A DNA stretch of 64,000 nt, taken from positions 66,526,001 through 66,590,000 of the forward strand of contig NC_043006.1 in the NCBI RefSeq assembly GCF_006345805.1. The letters are read 5' to 3'. The translations under genes and the position numbers were made by a program. Every line of letters starts with the position of its first letter. Position 1 is the stretch's first letter. Origin of the DNA: Octopus sinensis. Lineage: Eukaryota. The notes beneath the pieces are model-generated. The model was not told the origin of the DNA. It worked only from the letters and a program-made list of their open reading frames with translations, and searched no databases. This document shows positions 1 through 13,477 of this stretch, one piece after another.

Positions 1-289
1 GTTATCAATGTACGTTGAAATCGGGGGGTTGGTGGGGGTCGACAAAAGGTCCGTTGGAATAAATCCAGGTCAGGCCGCGGTCAAATCTAGTAGGTGAGGA
101 ATTAATCCATGTATCTATGTATATATATATGTATCTATGTATAGATGCAGTTATATATATATATATATATTATATATATATATATATTATATATATATAT
201 ATACATCACATATATACAACCGCAAGCCAGCAATCAAGCAGGCTTGGGCTTCCAGTCCTATTCTTTGATATGATCAGTCCCCAGAAGTC

Positions 290-650
290 TTGCTTTCACA
301 GTCAATGGCATGACCATAAATTCCATAAGGTATGCTTATGATACGGCGTTATTGGTTGGCAGCAATGAAAAATTGTAAGAAGTTCTTGATACTGTTGCAA
401 AAAATGATAGCAAAAAAACGGCTTGACGAGGAACATAAAAAAGGCGAGAGACAATGGTTATTAATAAGACAGAACGCAAGGAAACAAATCTAAATTTAGA
501 TGTGGTAGGAGATAAAGAATAAGAAAAAAAATTGAAGATTTTTTTCTAGGGGCAAATGAAGAATGAGAAAGGTCGAAGTGAAGAATTTGCTGAAATAATA
601 GAGAAAGCTTAAAACAGCATTTATAATAATGAAAAAGATTCCACTTCAAA
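290..650 (+). pseudogene. RTE-clade LINE reverse transcriptase fragment (decayed)
   Basis: Manual translation gives FTVNGMTINSIRYAYDTALLVGSNEKL*EVLDTVAK, a degenerate INNIRYADDTVL-type RT motif (YAYD at 331-342), followed by frameshifted GLTRNIKK-like sequence. Contains stops and frameshifts. Confidence 0.75.
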
Positions 651-712
651 AGTATATATATATATATATATATGCATGTATGTGTGTATACAGTTCATAC
701 TCACACATACAC

Positions 713-757
<45 letters not shown>

Positions 758-847
758 TGTATGTATGTGCGTATGTGTGTGTATGTGTGTGATTGTGTCA
801 GTATTAACTGTATACACACACCCATATCGGTCTGCCTCTCTCTCTAA

Positions 848-923
<76 letters not shown>

Positions 924-1233
924 CTCTGTTTATTTGATCTTTTGGACTGAAAAATTCCCGCTTTTTCAAACACACACACATATATATGTATGTATGTATG
1001 TATGTGTGTGTATACAGATCATGCTAACACTCACACACAAACACACACATACATGCATATATATATATACGCACACACATTTATATATCGGTCTGCTTAT
1101 CTCTCTCTCTCTCTAAATCTATGTATCTATGTATATATGTATGTATCTATGTATGTATGTATGTATCTATCTATCTAACTATCTATCTATGTGTTTATTT
1201 GATCTTTTGGACAAAAACATTCCCCTTTTCAAA

Positions 1234-1299
<66 letters not shown>

Positions 1300-1761
1300 A
1301 ATATATATATAGATATATATATATATATAATACATATGTTTCTCTCCGTCTATTTTTTCCCACCCCTCTTACTCAGACTCTTCCTAAGTGTGTATGTGTG
1401 TACGCATGCGTAGTATGATCTTACCTTACTCCTCGCGTTAACACATCACACAATACATCTATTTATCTTCCTGCTTCATTTGACATGTCACTACCTCTAA
1501 TTAACCCCATTTTGATTGACTGACAGAGATGAAATGACGGAATGAACAACTTCTATCTTCCCCCTGAGGATGCGATTGGGTGGGGGGCGGAAAATGAAAC
1601 CGTATAATGATGGTGGCAGATCAGGTGGTGATGAGGATGTTGACGGTAGAAGCGATACTGGCAGCCAGTGTGTCAGGGCGATTTGGAAATTAACGTTACT
1701 TTCAGTAATAATGGTGCTTGAATCTTTGTGTTCTTTGTGGTGTATATATATATATATATAG

Positions 1762-1798
<37 letters not shown>

Positions 1799-1977
1799 AC
1801 ATGTATATATATACATATATATATACATACATATATATCTATATATATCTATATCTTATCTGATGTCCTGTACTTCCGTACAATTATTTATATATGCATG
1901 TATATATACATGTAGATGTAGGTACGTACATATATGTTTGTATGTATGCATATATTTTTATTATCTCCCTATATATA

Positions 1978-2025
<48 letters not shown>

Positions 2026-2702
2026 TTATATGTACATATATATATATATATAAACATATATGGTGTGTACGTATGTAAGTCTTATATATATGAACAACAA
2101 ACAGGTGTATTATTTTAACGCTCGGGAACATGGACAGAGTGAATGAGCAAATAAACAGAGCAAATAAACAGAGTGAATGAAAAGACCTATAGTCAAGCAT
2201 ATATATATATATATATATAAATATATATAAATATACACACATATATATATAAGTGCTTGTATGCATGTATGTATGTGTGTGTGTGTGCGTGTGTGGTGTG
2301 TGTGTGTGTGTGTGTATGTGTGTGTGACATTGTATTTATGCTTGATGCGCCCCACCACTGGTTAACAACCGGTGCTGGTGTGTTTACTTCTCCTCAACTT
2401 CGCGGTTCAGCAACAGTACACGGCTTAAAAGAACATTAGGCAGTAGGTTTGATTTATTCGACTAAAACTTCTCGAAAGCGGTGCCGCTTATCTATTTACA
2501 TGTTTTTCTATAAATATTCTCCTTTAGGTGTTTAAGCCTAAAGCTTCTAGCCATGCATATATGCATATATGTACACGCTTGGCTGTGTGGTAAATAGTTT
2601 GTTTCTCACCACATCGTTCGGGTTCAGTCCTACTATAGCCTCGGGCCGACCATAACTAGAAGCCCGCCGTATATATATATATATATACATACATATACAT
2701 AT

Positions 2703-2997
2703 ATCACGTGATCACGTGACCGACCAGTCCATCAGATGCAGTTACAGATCGCTGGTCACAATGCGTTCGCATTGTTTTAGCCTTCGAATGACGCCACGCC
2801 GCTGGTTAAACAGAAGAAAGAGTAGGAGAAAGAGTGATGAAAGAGTACAGCAGGGATCACCACCCCCTGCCGGAGCCTCGTGGAGCCTTTAGGTGTTTTC
2901 GCTGAATAAACTCTCACAACACCCGGTCTGGGAATCGAAACCGCGATCCTACGACCGCGAGTCCGCTGCCCTAACCAGTGGGCCATTGCGCCTCCAC
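2703..2997 (-). mobile_element. tRNA-derived SINE (family B, tRNA-Arg-like head)
   Basis: Minus strand reads GGAGGCGCAATGGCCCAGTGGTTAGGGCAGCGGACTCGCGG...GGTTTCGATTCCC (Pol III A/B boxes). The tail recurs in the opposite orientation at ~7130-7240. Confidence 0.8.
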
Positions 2998-3009
2998 ATA
3001 TACATATAT

Positions 3010-3086
<77 letters not shown>

Positions 3087-3107
3087 ATATAATATATATA
3101 TATGTAT

Positions 3108-3145
<38 letters not shown>

Positions 3146-3239
3146 TACATATTTATACATAAATATATATATATACACACATACACACACACCACACACA
3201 CACACGTATATATGTATATAATTAGTGTACATTTAAATA

Positions 3240-3620
3240 CAAAGAGAGGTGAGCCTTAACAGGTCGCCTTACATGCCAGAAGGAATAGTCAAAAGTCCAA
3301 ACCACAATTAAGAGCAATTTCGAAGGGAATGAAAAATAAAACATTTACTATGTTTTACATCCGGACCTTAGGTTTCGAAGGTAAATTAAAAAATAATATA
3401 ATTTGCAAGGCGAAGTTCTAATCACTGGGTACGCCAAACATTAACATATAAATTAGAGACAAAATAACACGTACATTATTTACATTATTTATATTTGACG
3501 TATATTTGTCCTTATCTTGTTTGTTGTCAACACAACGTTTCGGGTGATATACCCTCCAGCTTTCATCAGGTGTCTTGAGGAAATTTCGAACCTGGGGTTC
3601 TCATTTCTAGGGTATTTTTC
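3240..3620 (-). mobile_element. Interspersed repeat, probable Penelope-LTR-like fragment with degenerate hammerhead
   Basis: A similar sequence recurs at ~57730-57930. Contains CTGATGA...GAAACGTT on the minus strand. Confidence 0.45.
3529..3574 (-). ncRNA. Degenerate minimal type I hammerhead ribozyme motif
   Basis: Minus strand: GACAC-CTGATGA-aagctggagggtatatcaccc-GAAA-CG-TT-GTGTT. Stem I GACAC/GTGTT pairs, stem III is reduced to the palindrome AACGTT, and stem II is mismatched. Confidence 0.45.
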
Positions 3621-3636
3621 GATGTTGCTGTTGTTA

Positions 3637-3708
<72 letters not shown>

Positions 3709-4037
3709 CATTATTATTCAGGTCACTACGCCATATGCCCACGAGCATATGGCGTAGTGGTTAAGAGCGAGGGCTACTAACCAGGCAGTGACCTGAATGA
3801 TAATAATAATAATAACAACAACAACAACAACAACAACAGCCACAATAATAATAATATAAATAATGTAAATAATGCACATAATTCCTCATCTCTTAAATAT
3901 AGAAAGCACGTGTCTCGTCGTTATATACTATAGCTTTTCAAATTCAGCGCGCAAGCGCAGTTTCATTCGGCAGCCGATAAAAATTTTCGACTACACTAAA
4001 ATCAATTTTAAGAATTGATATATATTTATATATATAT

Positions 4038-6379
4038 TTCCTCTGATCTTTGGTCTAGTCTTCCACTACCCTCCTATTTCTTTGTCTCGCTCTGCACTCA
4101 CAGGTCATTCTTCGACACCCATCCCTTCTCCTCTTCTTGATTCCTTCTTCTATCTTCTTTGTTGCGTTTTGTTCCCGCTCTCTCTCTCTCTTCCTTGCTT
4201 CTCTATTTTCTTTTCCCTCTCTCTGTCACGTGGACTGTTGGCCGAAATCGCCTTTCAGCTCCTGACCATCGTCGTGTGTTAACATCGTTGTTTCTCGTCC
4301 GCCGCTATAAAGCCGTTTTCCAATGCGCTAGAGAAAACAATTTGTTTGCTTTGTTATCAGTCGTAAGACACTTGTTGTTTTCACCGTTAATGCTTCTGTA
4401 TTTCATGTTTCTGTTATTCCATTATTGTTTTTGTTTTTTTGTTTTTTTTATACTGTCCCTTTTGCTGTCCTGGTGTTCGTAGGCATTCGATCCTTCTTCC
4501 AGGAAATCTACGCTTCCAGCTTAGTTTTTCTAATGCTCGTTGCTTAGTTTTTCTTGGAGGGCTGGCCGTGATCTAGTAATCTCAAGATTAATCAGCCGAA
4601 ATTACTACGATGATCCGGTTCTTGATGAAGGACTGAGGGGTTCGAATGTCCTGTCCATGTTTTATTGTATCGTCTTCTAAGAGTTATACGTTCTTGTCCA
4701 TGTTGTATTTTTCACATACCTTAACATATATCCCAGGCGCCCCGTACCCCCTTTATCATTAATGTGTGAACACATATTCTTAATAATTGGTACGACTCTC
4801 TGTTTTTGTCTCTCTCTCACTCTCATTTTTACTTTGATCTGTCCCCTATCTCTCTCTCTTTCTCCTATCATCTCATTCTTTCCTCTGATCCGTTGGTCTA
4901 GTCTTCCACTACCCTCCTATTCTTTGTCTCGCTAGGCACTCACAGGTCATTCTTCGACACCCATCCCTTCTCCTCTCTGATTCCTTCTTTCTCTCTTTTT
5001 GCGTTTGTTCCCCTTTCTCTCTCTCTCTTCCTTTGCTTCTCTTTCTTTCTTTTCCCTCTTCTCTGTCACGTGACTGTTGGCCGAAATCTGCTTTCAGCTC
5101 CTGAACCTCGTCGTGTTAACATCGTTGTTTCTCGTCCGCCGCTATAAAGGCTTTTCCAATGCGCTAGAGAAAAAAAATTTGTTTGCTTGTATCAGTCGTA
5201 AGACACTTGTTGTTTTCACGTAATGCTTCTGTATTCATGTTTCTGTACTCCATTATTGTTTTTTGTTTTTTTTGTTTTTTTTATATCTGTCCCTTTTGCT
5301 GTCCTGGTGTTCGTATGCATTCGATCCTTTTTCCAGGAATCTACGCTTCCAGCTTAGTTTTCTAATGCTCGTTGCTTAGTTTTTCTTGGAGGGCTGGCCG
5401 TGATCTAGTAATCTCAAGATTAATCAGCCGAATTACTACGATGATCCGGTTCTTGACTGAAGACGAGGGTTCGAATGTCCTGTCCCATGTTTATGTATCG
5501 TCTTTCTAAGAGTTATACGTTTCTTGTCCATGTTGTATTTTTCTACAACCTTAACATATATTCAGGCGCCCCGTACCCCCTTTATCATTAATGTGAACAC
5601 ATATTCTTAATATTGGTACGACTCTCTGTTTGTCTCTCTCTCTCTCTCATTTTTACTTGATCTGTCCCCCTCTCTCTCCTCTTTTCTCTCTATTCATCTT
5701 TCTCTTTCCTCTGATCCTTTGGTCTAGTCTTCCACTACCCTCCTATTTCTTTGTCTCGCTCTGCACTCACAGGTCATTCTTCGACACCATCCCTTCTCCT
5801 CTCTGATTCCTTCTTCTCTCTCTTTGTTGCGTTTTGTTCCCTTTCTCTCTCTCTCTTCTTTGCTTCTCTTTCTTTTCTTTTCCCTCTTCTCTGTCACGTG
5901 ACTGTTGGCCGAAATCTGCCTTTCAGCTCCTGACCCTCGTGTGTTAACATCGTTGTTTCTCGTCCGCCGCTATAAAGGCTTTTTCCAATGCGCTAGAGAA
6001 AAAATTTGTTTGCTTGTTATCAGTCGTAAGACACTTGTTGTTTTTACCGTAATGCTTCTGTATTCATGTTTCTGTATTCCATATTGTTTTTTGTTTTTTT
6101 GTTTTTTTTATATTGTCCCTTTTGCTGTCCTGGGTGTTCGTATGCATTCGATCCTTCTTCCAGGAAATCTACGCTTCCAGCTTAGTTTTTCTAATGCTCG
6201 TTGCTTAGTTTCTTGGAGGGCTGGCCGTGATCTAGTAATCTCAAGATTAATCAGCCGAAATTACTACGATGATCCGGTTCTTGACTGAAGACTGAGGGGT
6301 TCGAATGTCCCTGTCCATGTTATTGTATCGTCTTCTAAGAGTTATACGTTCTTGTCCATGTTGTATTTTTCTACATACC

Positions 6380-6382
<3 letters not shown>
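4038..6382. repeat. Tandem array of a ~830-840-bp unit, ~2.8 copies, flanked by (TA)n
   Basis: TTCCTCTGATC unit starts at 4038, 4880 and 5706. The third copy ends in (TA)n at ~6382. Copies differ mostly by small indels. Confidence 0.95.
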
Positions 6383-6421
<39 letters not shown>

Positions 6422-7000
6422 ATTAATATATATATATATATATTATAATATTATATATATATGCACACCTATGTATGTTGTATGCGTGTGTGTGTGTGTG
6501 TGCGTGATATTTGTTTGTTTGTGTGTGTAATATTTAGAAGCGGAAGTTGTCTGGACGCTGTTATAGTGAAAAGCAGACCAGATAAGGCTCAGAATAGGAT
6601 CGAAAAGTCAGATCTCCTTTGAACATTCGGAGCATGTCTTTACAGCGAAGGGCTACTTCTTAGGATAATGCTGCTAGTGGGAGTGCACGAGGTGCCTGTC
6701 ACAAGAGTGGAGAGTATAACACAAAACATATCAGAAGATATATTTAGTCTTTTTTTCTTACTCTTTTACTTGTTTCAGTCATTTGACTGCGGCGATGTTG
6801 GAGCACTGCCTTTAGTCGGACAAATCGAATCAAAGACTTATTCTTTGTACGCCTCGTACTTATTCTATCGGTTTTTTTTCCGAACCGTTAAATTACGGGG
6901 ACGTAAACACACCAACTTCGGTTGTCAAGTGATGGTGGGGAAACAAAATACAGTCACACTAATACATACAGCATGCATACACACATACATACAGACATAC

Positions 7001-7076
<76 letters not shown>

Positions 7077-7476
7077 ATACATATATATATTATACATATA
7101 TAATATATACATATAAATATTCTGCTCGGTTAGCCAGCGAGTTGGCGTCATTTGAAGGCCAAAACAATGTGAAGGGCATTGTGACCAGCGATGTGTAGCA
7201 ACATCTGATAGCTGATCCCTCACGGTGACCACGGTGATATATATATATGTATATATATATCACACAACACACACACAAAATATATATATATATATATAAC
7301 GCACAAACTATGTATGCATACATGTATAAATACATACATACATATGTATATATATATATTATAAATATATATATATATGTATAATATATATATATATATA
7401 ATATATATATATATTTATATATATGTATGTATATACATATATGTATACACACACACACACACACCACACACTCATA

Positions 7477-7524
<48 letters not shown>

Positions 7525-7924
7525 GGCGAGCATCTTTTAGTTTCTGTCTACTGAATTCACTCACAAGGCTTTGATCGGCCTGAGGCTATAGTAAAAGACA
7601 CATCATCATCGTCAGCATATCAGCATCACAAACGCCACCACCACCACCACCACCACCACCACCCCACCACCACCACCACCACCACCATCACCACCACCAC
7701 AACCACCACAACCACCACAATCACCATATCACTACTACTACTACTATCACATACCGACAAAGGCAGAGGAGGCCACGATGACATCAACAACAACAAAAAC
7801 AACAGCAACATCATCATCATCCTCATCATCATCATCATCAGCAACAACAACAACATGTGAAATTGTTTCAAAACTAATCTTGTGAAAAATCGTAAACAAA
7901 TTTATTTGTGACGTGAAAATCATT

Positions 7925-7956
<32 letters not shown>

Positions 7957-8336
7957 ACACAAACACACACACACACATACGAATTATTTACTTTTTCATG
8001 AGTGTCGTCTGCAACAAATTGTGGTGTTTATAATAGTGATAATATATATTGACACCCGAAACGTTTTCCAAAACCAATCTCTCTGCAAATAGCACACCTC
8101 CGACGTCATCCGTCTAATGCATCTGTCAATTACAATCTCATGTATGTCTTGTTGTCTGATTCTCGTCTGAAAACTTGCATTGCTGCGTCTTGCATTAAAC
8201 GTTATTTCTCCGCCATTTTTGTTTACGTGTATGTACTGACATGACAGACTGGAAATAACAGTCAAATTTACATCGAAGACATCAATCTACTGTTGAAAAT
8301 AAGCGAGCCGATTACTCAATTTTGGCATAGGATAAA

Positions 8337-8742
8337 GGCGGCAAGCTGGCAGAAACGCTAGCACGTCGGGCGAAATGCGTAACCTTATTTCGTCTGCCGT
8401 TACTTTGTGAGCTCAAATTCCGCCGAGGTCGACTTTGCCTTTCATCATTTCGGGGTCGATAAATTAAGTACCAGTTACGCACTGGGGTCGATATAATTGA
8501 CTAAATCCCTTTGTCTGTCCTTGTCTGTCCTTGTCTGTCCTCTCTGTGTTTAGCCCCTTGTGGGTAGAAAAGAAATAGGTATTTCGTCTGTCTTTACGTT
8601 CTAAGTTCAAATTCCGCCGAGGTCGACTTTGCCTTTCATCCTTTCGGGGTCGATAAATTAAATACCAGTTGCGTACTGAAGTCGATGTAATCGACTGCCC
8701 TCACCCAAATTTTCGGGCCATGTGCATAGAGTAGAAAAGAAT
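8337..8742 (+). mobile_element. tRNA-derived SINE (family A, GGCGGCGAGCTGGCAGAA head), composite copy
   Basis: GGCGGCAAGCTGGCAGAAACG...GCTCAAATTCCGCCGAGGTCGACTTTGCC, with an internal re-start at ~8580. This is the most abundant repeat in the window. Confidence 0.85.
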
Positions 8743-8839
8743 CTTGGAATATTAAAGGCGGTGAGCTAGCAGGAAAGTCAGCAGAAAATTGAATATTAAG
8801 TATTTATGGAATTTTGATTTACTATCGGGTGACTTTTGG

Positions 8840-8851
8840 CCATCTCTGTTT

Positions 8852-8929
<78 letters not shown>

Positions 8930-8938
8930 GTTTGTCTT

Positions 8939-8972
<34 letters not shown>

Positions 8973-8973
8973 C

Positions 8974-9061
<88 letters not shown>

Positions 9062-9331
9062 GTTTGCCTGGCTTTCTGTCTGTCCCCCTCTATCTTTCTC
9101 TTCCTCTGTCTCTATCGCTTTCTCTCTCTCTTTCTCTCCCTCTAACTATCTAACTATTTGTTTGCTTGTCTGTCTGTCTGTCTGTTTGTCTGTTTGTCTG
9201 TTTGTCCCCTCTCTTCCTCTATCTATTCATCCGCACATCGATCCATATAGATATCTATCTTCCAGGTTGATTGTTTGTATCTCTGGCTCTTTGTCTATCT
9301 GTCTATCAGTCTATGTATGTATGTATGTATG

Positions 9332-9427
<96 letters not shown>

Positions 9428-9480
9428 GTTTGTCTGTTTGTCTGCCCCCTCTCTTTCTCTCTCTCTCTCTCTATCAATTA
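8840..9480. repeat. (TATC)n/(TGTC)n/(TATG)n compound microsatellite
   Basis: Directly visible; source of the spurious LSIY-repeat ORFs. Confidence 0.95.
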
Positions 9481-10061
9481 ATAACAGTCTGTTGTATATA
9501 TGAATATATGAATATGAGCGTGTGTCTTTATGTCCATATTTGGGCCCAGTCGCTTGGCAGCTGGCACTGGTTTATTCACGTCTTCGCAACTTAGCAGTTT
9601 GACAACAAACACGATAAAATAAATACCAAACTTGAAAAATAAGTAGTCGAGTCGATTTATTCGATTAAAAACATATAAATTAATACACCATCTGTCCATC
9701 TTTTTCCAAAATGTTTCCACTTGTGTCAGTTGTATAATTTATAGGATGATAATTATTTCGCACAGCAGAAATTCATAAGTGAAACGAGAATGTATCCTCC
9801 ATAAGGCAATCACCAAAATTTAAATCATATAAATATACTGTGGACGTGATGCTTGAGAGACTGAGGAAAGGTCAAGTCGATTCCTTCGACCGCAATGTTT
9901 ATTTAGCGCTTAATCTATTGGCCCCGATGGAATATAAAGCCGAAATGCGCGGAATTTGAACTAAGAAGGCATATAGTCGATAGAAGCTGATCGTTTTCGT
10001 CTGGCATGCTAAAGATTCTTTTATCTCAACGCCTTAGATTATCTACATGTGTAAAGAATAT

Positions 10062-10390
10062 GTGAAGGCTTGTGGCTTAGTGGTTAGGGTATTCAGCTCA
10101 CGAGCACAAGGTCGTGAGTTCAATTCCCGCCGACGCGCTTTGTCTTTGAACAAGACACTTTATTTTCACGTTGCTCCAATTCACTCAGCTGGCAAAAATG
10201 AATAGTACCTGTATTTCAAGGGGCCAGCTTTGTCATACACTTGTGTGACGCTGAATCGCCCTGAGAACTACGGTAAGAGTACACGTGTCTGTGGAATGCT
10301 CAGCCACATGCACCTTAATTTCATGATCAGGCTGTTCCGTTGATCGGATCAACTGGAACCCTCGTCGTCGTAACCGACGGAGTGGCAGTT
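10062..10390 (+). mobile_element. tRNA-derived SINE (family D)
   Basis: GTGAAGGC..TGGCTTAGTGGTTAGG...GAGTTCAATTCCC head followed by the CAAGACACTTTATTTTCACGTTGCTCC core. Homologous to 15448-15789, 33507-33830 and 63404-63712. Confidence 0.8.
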
Positions 10391-10445
10391 GCCAGTAAAG
10401 CGTATATGATGTACTACAGTTGGCTTCATTTGAATTGATTTATTC

Positions 10446-10640
10446 CCCCAAAGTACGCAACTGGTATTTAATTTATCGACCCCGAAAGGATGAAAGGCAA
10501 AGTCGACCTCGGCGGAATTTGAACTCAGAACGTAAAGACAGACGAAATACCTATTTCTGTACTACTCACAAGGGGCTAAACACAGAGGGGACGAACAAGG
10601 ACAGACAAACGGATTAAGTCGATTATATCGACCCCAGTGC
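10446..10640 (-). mobile_element. SINE family A fragment
   Basis: Reverse complement of the family A body (GAAAGGCAAAGTCGACCTCGGCGGAATTTGAACTCAGAACG). Confidence 0.85.
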
Positions 10641-10641
10641 G

Positions 10642-11005
10642 TGGTTAAGAAACTTTGTTTTGCAGCCATGAGGTTTCGGGTTCAGTCCCTCTGCGTGATA
10701 CTTTGGACAAATGAAGTATACTGTAACCACAGGCCGACCAATGTCATGTGAGGGTATTTGATAGACAGAAAATTTATGGAAGTCTGTATATGGAAGTCTG
10801 TATGTATATGAGCGTGTGTCTTTGTGTCCATATTTGGGCCCAATCGCTTGGCAGCTGGCGCTGGTTTATCCACGCCTTATCAACTTGGCAGTTTGACAAC
10901 AAATAAGATAGAATAAATACCAAACTTGAAAAATAAGTAGTCGAGTCGATTTTTTCGACTAAAAACCTTTTGAAATTCGTGCCTCCGCAAGGCTGCAATC
11001 TAATG
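10642..11005 (+). mobile_element. SINE family C copy
   Basis: GTGGTTAAGAAAC...GGGTTCAGTCCC head and AATAAGT..GGTCGATT..CGACTAAA tail, shared with the other family C copies. Confidence 0.75.
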
Positions 11006-11581
11006 GATGAAACAAGTAAAAGAAGATAGGTGATAAAATAGAGAAATAATACGAATCATAGCAAAACATTTATCTTTCCCACACAAAAAAAAAACAACGT
11101 TATCCATAGTAAATTCAGTTAATGCTTATCAAATTGTATCCAAAAATGTGTGATGTCCCTGAAATGTGCGTGAGAATGACTGCAATTATTTGGCGAAGAA
11201 GAAACCAGCTAGCAAATATTCCACAGAGAAAGAAAACGGTGGAGAACAACATCTCGATGCTAAATTACATGAATTAACAATCTTCTCCTTAATATACCAT
11301 AACTGATGGACGGCCTGGTAAATAGCAAGGGTTAGTCCAGCAGGAAAGTAAATGGATTAAGAAAACTATTTCAACTAAATCCTGCTTCTGTATGTTAGTT
11401 TAGATTTAAATTTGTCCGTCTTCAAACACAACTCGTGAATTACAGTCATCGAGAGTCCAGCTACATACATAACTACAGAGGTAGCCTTGGATCAGAGATA
11501 GAAACCGACTCTTTTTTGGCAAGAAAGCTAGTGTTTGTCTTTGTCTGCGTCGTTGATACATGTATTATTTAAAAATATCAA

Positions 11582-11795
11582 AGCGGCGAGCTGGCAGAAA
11601 CGTTAGCAGGCCGGGCGAAATGTTTGGCGGTATTTCGTCTGCCTTTACGTTCTGAGTTCAAATTTGGCCGAGGTCGACTTTGCCTTTCATCCTTTCAGGG
11701 CCGATAATTTAAGTACCAGTTGCGTACTGGGGTAGATGTAATCGACTGGCCTCCTCCCCCCAAATTTCGGGCCTTATGCCCAGAGTAAAAGAGAA
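11582..11795 (+). mobile_element. SINE family A copy
   Basis: GCGGCGAGCTGGCAGAAACGTTAGC...GAGTTCAAATT... Confidence 0.85.
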
Positions 11796-12088
11796 TAAAA
11801 TCAATATAGAGAACTCGCAATAACATGCATACGCACGTACATACATATGTACGCACGTGCATACATACATACATACATGCATACATGCATACATGCATGC
11901 ATGCATACATACATACATACATACTACATACATACATACATACATACATACATACATACATACATACATACATACATACATACAACATACTAACATACAT
12001 ACATACATACATACATACATACTACATACATACCATACATACATACATACATACATCCATACATACATACATACATAACATACATACA

Positions 12089-12120
<32 letters not shown>

Positions 12121-12129
12121 GACAACTGG

Positions 12130-12345
12130 TTCGGAACTTCCGGCTTCTATATCCAGTTTACAAATTCACATTTATACCAATAATTGGGGTTCTCGCTTGT
12201 GTAAGTAAATGCGTAACTAACACTCTGGCTAAGCTTGGATTTTCAGGAAAAGACACCAACTAACACACAGATTACAATTAAAATCTGTAGGTGGAACAGT
12301 AAAAGTTTGCAAGACTGTTCTCAAGTTAAATATGTGACATTGTTT
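12130..12345 (+). pseudogene. RLE-type non-LTR retrotransposon C-terminal fragment (second lineage)
   Basis: Translates with frameshifts to IIGVLACVSKCVTNTLAKLGFSGKD...LQLKSVGGTVKVCKTVLKLNM*. Homologous to 51335-51590. Confidence 0.6.
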
Positions 12346-12391
12346 ACGCTATCGTTATCTACATTCCAAAGATGGAGCTTTGTACTTTTGT

Positions 12392-12491
12392 NNNNNNNNN
12401 NNNNNNNNNNNNNNNNNNNNNNNNNNNNNNNNNNNNNNNNNNNNNNNNNNNNNNNNNNNNNNNNNNNNNNNNNNNNNNNNNNNNNNNNNNN
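12392..12491. other. Assembly gap (100 N)
   Basis: Run of exactly 100 N, a typical placeholder scaffold gap. Contiguity across it is not guaranteed. Confidence 0.99.
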
Positions 12492-12944
12492 TCACACACG
12501 CATACATACACGTATGTATATGTGTATGTATGTTTGTATGTATGTATGTATGTATGTATGTATGTATGTATGTATGTATGTGTATGTGGTATGTTTGTAC
12601 TGTCGTTACCGTTCTTGCTTTTTTTACCCCTCTGCGAAAAGATCTCAGAATTTTAATTGATTTGCTTTTCGCCGGAAGGAAGTTTTCTTCGAAGTATACG
12701 TCTCGCTTTTATCCTTCGAAACGTTTAGTAGATGAAACCTTAGCGACTGAAGAAGGGGATTTTTCGTTGTGCTTATTGTCCTGTATCTCTTTTTTTGCTT
12801 GTCTTGTTCCTGGTTTTTGTGTCTATTTTTCGTCTCTCTATGTGTTCGACGTCTTTTTGTGTCCTGTACACATATATGCGTGTATATGTACATGTAGAGG
12901 TAGGTACGTACATATGTTTATATATGCATATGTTCTATTTTATT

Positions 12945-12988
<44 letters not shown>

Positions 12989-13073
12989 TATTATATAGAT
13001 TCTTCACTTTTGCTTGTACCTTACTAGTGTAAGTTTCCGAATATGAAAATAATACTTGTATATGGTGTATTGT

Positions 13074-13230
13074 GATTTTATGGAAAGGAGTCCCATAAAA
13101 CTCAACGAAGATGTTAAAAATGGGGAAGAGACGTTAAAATGTAAAAGAATTTTAAAATTAAAATTCTCTTACATTTTAACATGTTCTCTCCCCCATTTGT
13201 TGAGTTTTATGGGATATCTTTCCATAAATC
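13074..13230. repeat. Imperfect ~157-bp palindrome (MITE-like hairpin)
   Basis: GATTTTATGGAAAGGAGTCCCATAAAACTCAAC...GTTGAGTTTTATGGGATATCTTTCCATAAATC, with inner arms also pairing around ~13155. Confidence 0.8.
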
Positions 13231-13437
13231 CATCTAACACAGCGTATACAAGTATTATTTTCAAATTCGTAAACTTGAACAAACAAACGAAGAAGAATCA
13301 ATATTTGAAATCTTTTTTCGTAATCCTCCAAATTTAAGGACGGAATTTAATTGAACCTTTTTACACACACATATGTATATTTGTGTGTGTGTGTAGATAT
13401 AAACTCTCAATCTATATATATTTCTGTGTATATATAT

Positions 13438-13477
<40 letters not shown>

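Noticed and set aside
6284-6320. CTGAAGA...CGAAT in the 835-bp unit as a hammerhead
   Set aside because: GAAT instead of GAAA, no stem II closing pair and no stem I partner; the motif is also altered in copy 1.
12715-12760. CCTTC-GAAACGTT...CTGAAGA-AGGGG as a permuted (type II) hammerhead
   Set aside because: Stem I cannot form and the stem II closing pair is mismatched; at most a relic.
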